A stretch of DNA of 63,702 nucleotides, the filler included, from Folioceros fuciformis (lineage: Eukaryota), in the NCBI GenBank assembly GCA_049999805.1. It is 17 parts of 17 records of this genome, joined end to end, with 100 filler letters (N's around TTAATTAATTAA, not from the genome) between each part and the next. Parts side by side here need not be neighbours in the genome. Positions count along the whole stretch, not along the records: positions 58,797 to 62,178 come from JBNGIO010006520.1; positions 62,279 to 63,702 come from JBNGIO010006522.1; 15 more parts are not named here. The stretch is one strand, 5' to 3'. The notes beneath the pieces were generated by a model. It was given only the letters and a program-made list of their open reading frames with translations, did not search any database and was not told the origin of the DNA. The translations under genes were made by a program, and so were the position numbers. Positions 59,220-63,702 of this stretch are shown in pieces. Numbering within the stretch: the first letter of the stretch is position 1; every line of letters starts with the position of its first letter.

Positions 59220-62131
59220 TGTGAAACTCCAAAGTTTGGGGTAGTATTTTGTTTTGGTATATATTTTTTTGTTTTGGACTTATATGCCAAGGGAGGTTCC
59301 GCCCACTCCAAAGGTGAAGCTATACGATGGCGTGTCCCTCTACGTAGGACAGCAGGTTTAGGTTGTTCAAGAGCTACAGGTACTTCGTCCTCAATTGCAT
59401 CTAAGTCTGGCTGCACACTGCTGGTGTCCTGAAAATTCCCATCCTCACTTGCACCATGGTTGATCGCAAATTCATGTGAGGGAGGTGCTTCTACAACATC
59501 CTCATTGTGGAGATCGGGAAACACACTTGGTTCTTCATCACTCTCAGGTTCTACAGTGGTTTGTGTTTGTCCTGCCTGAGAGGTACTAGCATCAGGATGT
59601 AACACAACTGTGGAACCTTCTATATAGCTTGTGTCATCGGAAGGCAGACCTTCATACTCTTCATCAAGTAAGGTAAGACGAGGAGATGGATTTAGCAGTA
59701 ACTGTTCATTGAAAACAACACTACGTGCGTGGACAGTGGTCTGAGATGTAGGATCATACAATTTATAACCCTTTACTCCCTCGGTGTAGCCTATGAAAAC
59801 ATACTTGCGTGCTTTATAATCCATTTTAACCCTTTGTGCTTCTGAGAGATGTGCATAGGCTGGTGACCCGAAGATGCGAAGGTGATTAATGCGTGGCCTA
59901 TGACCAGTCCATCTCTGGAAAGGGGTAGCACCCTCAAAAGCTTTGGTAGGAACTCTATTCTTGACGTAAACAGCAGTTGCAACAGCTTCAGCCCAATAAG
60001 TTTTAGGTAAACCTGCCAACTTGACATAGATTTGGCTTGCTCCTGCACATGCTTGTTGTGGAGTTCAGCTATGGGATTTTGCGAGGATGTATACGGCACT
60101 GTAAGCTGTCATGCTATCCCCAGCTCCTTGCAGTAATCCTTGAACTCTCTGGAGTTATATTCACCACCGCCATCAGTACGCAGAGCCTTGAGGAGTTCGC
60201 CAGTCTGGCGCTGAGCAAAGGTAACATACTCCTGAAAACAGCCAAAGGTCTGGCTCTTTTGCTTGATGAGGTAGATGATGGCATATCGACTCCAATCGTC
60301 AATGAAAGATAACATATACAAAACACCGCCAAGTGAAGGAACTGACATTGGGCCACAGAGGTCAGAATGGACCAGCTCCAGAAGTTTAGCTGCTCTTGTG
60401 GGATTCTTATCCTTGTACGGAGCTCGATGATGCTTCCCAAAGACACAAGCTTCACAAAATTGTTTCTCGGCAAACTGAAGTAAGAACTTCTCCCGGTACA
60501 ATGCATTGTTGTTCACCATTTTCTGCAATTTGTCAAAATTGATGTGTGCTAGGCGGCAATGCCATAGCATAACTTGGTCCTTGGCTTTAGAGACTTGGCT
60601 GACATGTGCATGTTCGTTTGAGGATTGATGTCCTAGCTTAGATGTGACATTGAGTTGGTAGAAATCATGACGAGGTGTGCCTTTAGCAACTATTTTGTTC
60701 TTGTGCTGTGGATCTGTGATGACACAGTGCAGGCCTGAAAAGGACACATCTAAGACGTGTTGGACAGTGAGTTTGCGGAGAGAGACTAAATTTTTAACCA
60801 TGGAAGGAACATGAAGAACATCTAAGAGATGTAGTGTGGTTCTGTCAGCTAGCTGGATAGGTACTATCCCAATGCCTTCTATGTGAAGTCCACTATCATC
60901 ACCAAGGTGTACAAACTGACCAGGTGGAAGATTCTTGTACTCTGAGAAGGCTTTCTTATCATGGCAACAGTGAGATGAGGCTCCACTATCGATGAACCAG
61001 AAACTCTTGTCTGTAGAAGTGGATACCATGCATACAGCGAGAAGTGCATTTGGTTTTCACTGTACTACATTAACCTCAGATGGAGGAGCGGTTCGCCTAG
61101 GCTCACCCGCTTTCTTTTTCCGGCACTCTGCTTCCCTGTGGCCAGGAATCAAGCACCAGTTGCATGGTCCCTTCTTCTTTCCTGTTGCAGGTGAGGAACG
61201 CTTCTTAAATGTGTTGTTGTTGTTGCCATTATTATTATTGTTCCAAGGCTGACGAGGTGGCTGTCTCCTAGGACCCCTGTTTGCATAGAGCGCCCTGTTG
61301 GAGGACTCTCCCCTGAGAGAGGTACCACTCCTGCTTGCTTTGTGTGTGGATTCTTCCTCGAGAAGACATCCAATCACCTCCGAGAGGGAAATAGCAGGGA
61401 CTTGACCTGCTGCAGTACCTTGAGCTATGTTTCGAAGTGAAGCACTTTGATTGCTTACGAAAGTTCTGTAACTTTCCGGCAGAGAGAGAAGCAGGGCCAC
61501 AGCTGCTTGCATTTCAGTTGTCTTAGTCCCGCTGGAGGATAGCCTGGATCTCAAGGTCCTGAACCTTATCACATGCTGCTCAACTAAATCAGTCTCCCTC
61601 ATCCTGCAATTATAAAAATCTCTTGTAGCACTCACCATGGAGGCGCCATTTGCAACTTGATAAATTTGGACAAGAGAATCCCATACTGCTTTTGTTGATT
61701 CCGCATCACGAGTATGATACATCATTGTTCCATCCAAGGCAGATTGTATGATACTAAGAGCTCTCAGGTCTAATTTAACCCATGCATCTATATCAGCTTG
61801 TGGGGAGCCTTGTGAAGGCTTAGGCAAAACACCCGTGACTACATCCCATAAATCATGCTCCTTTAGAATGGTTTGAACTCTCAAAGACCAAATGTCAAAT
61901 TGAGAACCCGTAAACCTATCTCTCTCCTTGAAATCAACTTTGAAATAGTGGCGTTGTGAGTCACGGTTTGAGGTTGCTGATGAGCCATGTTTGAGATCAC
62001 GGTATGTGCTAATTGCTCTAGTTGTGCAGCATGAGGGTTGGACGCAGTGGAGGTGGAGCTATCTTGTGAATCTGGAGTTTGTGGAGAGGAAGGACTTGGA
62101 TTGAGGTTAAGAGGATCTACTGACAGATGCT
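59220..62131 (-). mobile_element. Decayed Ty1/copia (leader, gag, protease, integrase), truncated before RT
   Basis: ATG at about 61988 followed by a frameshift; CNWCLIPGHREAEC, WFIDSGAS, HSDLCGP, RTDGGGEY. TGA at 61057 and 60109, and a frameshift near 60025. Confidence 0.93.
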
Positions 62132-62178
62132 TGTTGAGTTATCGAGCTCTATATGAGCTAAACTCATGTGGTGTTAGT
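62132..62178 (+). mobile_element. 5' start of an LTR of the 53731-58696 family, not preceded by a PPT
   Basis: Identical to 58650-58696. Confidence 0.95.
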
Positions 62179-63702
62179 NNNNNNNNNNNNNNNNNNNNNN
62201 NNNNNNNNNNNNNNNNNNNNNNTTAATTAATTAANNNNNNNNNNNNNNNNNNNNNNNNNNNNNNNNNNNNNNNNNNNNAGGAGGAATGTGAGAGATTGGA
62301 GTGTAGATATGTGGGGGTTGTCTGTTGCGACTGGAGGCATTCGACCGGGTGAGCGGCAGCGGCTGCCCCGGCCACGGCCACGGCGCGCTCTGCTCTCTGC
62401 TCTCCTCCAGCCAACGTTGCCTGGCCCACGCCTGGGGACGGGGGAAGGAGCTGAGTGACTGTGTGCCGGGGGGGGCGGGGTGGGGGTGAAGGGAGTGAGT
62501 GAGTGATGACAGGCCCCACAGATCCGCGCACCATGCCCACGACCTTGGCCATGTCGTGCGCCGCATAGCCTGCCCGCCTTTTTTAACCCGCCGCACCATC
62601 GTCTTCACTCGCAAGGCATGAGGCTTTCGGAGGTGCCCGTCTCCTCCGTTCTCCAGTTCGCTCAACTTCCCGCTGTCCGAGAGGAGAGGAGAGGTGAGGT
62701 GAAGTCAGGAGAGGAAGACCTGTGTATAGGTAGGAGGGGGGAGACGGCCCGGGTAGAACAGCCAGGGCGGACCAGGGAGCTCGCCGTTACTCCCCAGGGT
62801 GCCTGTCGTCTAGATCTGGGATTCGCGGCTCCTTGGATTGCCAAGATTCGTGCGCGCCGCTGCCGTCCTCCCCTCCTCTCCCGCATCGGTCACTCCAAGA
62901 ATGCCGCGGCCGTCTGCACCTTCCTCCGCCTGCATGCCAAGAATGCAATTGCCCCGTAATGCATGACGGGTTTTAGATTGCGGGAATTGCGGCACCTCCC
63001 GCAATCATCGCCGGCGCTTGAGGTATACATAGCAAGGGGCTGCTGCCATCCTCCTCTGAGTTTCTGCTTCTTCCTTCGCTCCGCTTCCCTTCCTTTCCCT
63101 TCCCTTCCTCAGCCTCACTTCCCAGTCGGTTTTCTGTTCTGAGGCTCTATCGATGGCACCTCCCCCTTTCCCTTCTCTCCGCCTCACGAGAGGGGATCCT
63201 GAAATGTAGGATCTCAGGGGCGCACCTGGTCATGCGGGGATCTACCTTATTTCGTAGATCTGGCTCCTTCTCTTGTTGTGGTTGTGGGAGTTTCGATCTG
63301 CGTCCGCCGTTCCCGGCCGGCTTGTGCTCTCATTGTTCGCTTATAAGATCTGTGTCTCGGATCCGGAATTGCGCAGCGCACTTGTGCTTGCTGCCTTCCC
63401 TCCTCTCGTGCTTTTGGTCCCCGATGGTTCTTCGTGACTGTGTTGTGTGGTGCTGGTCCTGGTGCAGGCTCGTGGGCGGCGCGTCGGCGAGACCGACGGC
63501 GACACCTGTCAAGGGGGCTCACCGTCGCGTCGTTGCTTGTGCAACACGATGGAGGTGTGAAGGAAGAGCAAGCGACCGAGGAACCAAGAAAGAAAAGAAG
63601 GAATACCGAGGGATATGAAAGGTTGGTTGCCGCACGCACTCCTTGCAGTGGGTGACAACGAGAGAGAGCACGCTCGAAGACACTTATGAACGTGCATGAG
63701 TG

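Noticed and set aside
62114-62125. GATCTACTGACA resembling the LTR end GATCCTATTGACA (LTR-LTR circle junction)
   Set aside because: The similarity is short and does not extend upstream.

Overview
This window is not one continuous locus. It is 17 short contigs joined by artificial 100-bp spacers (44 N + TTAATTAATTAA + 44 N), so adjacency across spacers means nothing and ORFs containing X or ending in 'LIN' are artefacts. Contigs: 1-5172, 5273-10444, 10545-18763, 18864-26280, 26381-31008, 31109-33372, 33473-35820, 35921-37472, 37573-42612, 42713-44109, 44210-48187, 48288-50839, 50940-52248, 52349-53630, 53731-58696, 58797-62178, 62279-63702. Most of it is land-plant nuclear DNA. A hornwort is the most likely source (inference), based on short GT-AG introns and a PLS-class PPR pseudogene with the KPAVATIEV motif of DYW:KP editing factors. 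Host genes: aldo-keto reductase, ASR3/SH4-like trihelix factor, A1 aspartic protease, LAMMER kinase, HEN2-like helicase (no introns in the visible part), GONST3/4-like transporter, a germin-like C-terminus, and a spliced SLIP-GC/NUGGC-like dynamin-superfamily GTPase. Mobile DNA: several Ty1/copia families, a decayed Ty3/gypsy element, a LINE 3' end and LTR+PBS fragments. One contig (50940-52248) shows a complete fungal RIP signature. The best novelty candidate is a small non-Gag ORF ('ORF0') at the 5' end of LTR elements, seen in two divergent versions. Other highlights are the dynamin-like GTPase, the dead DYW:KP PPR and a hairpin-loop micro-inversion between two near-identical contigs. All family calls come from motif recognition by eye; no searches were run.
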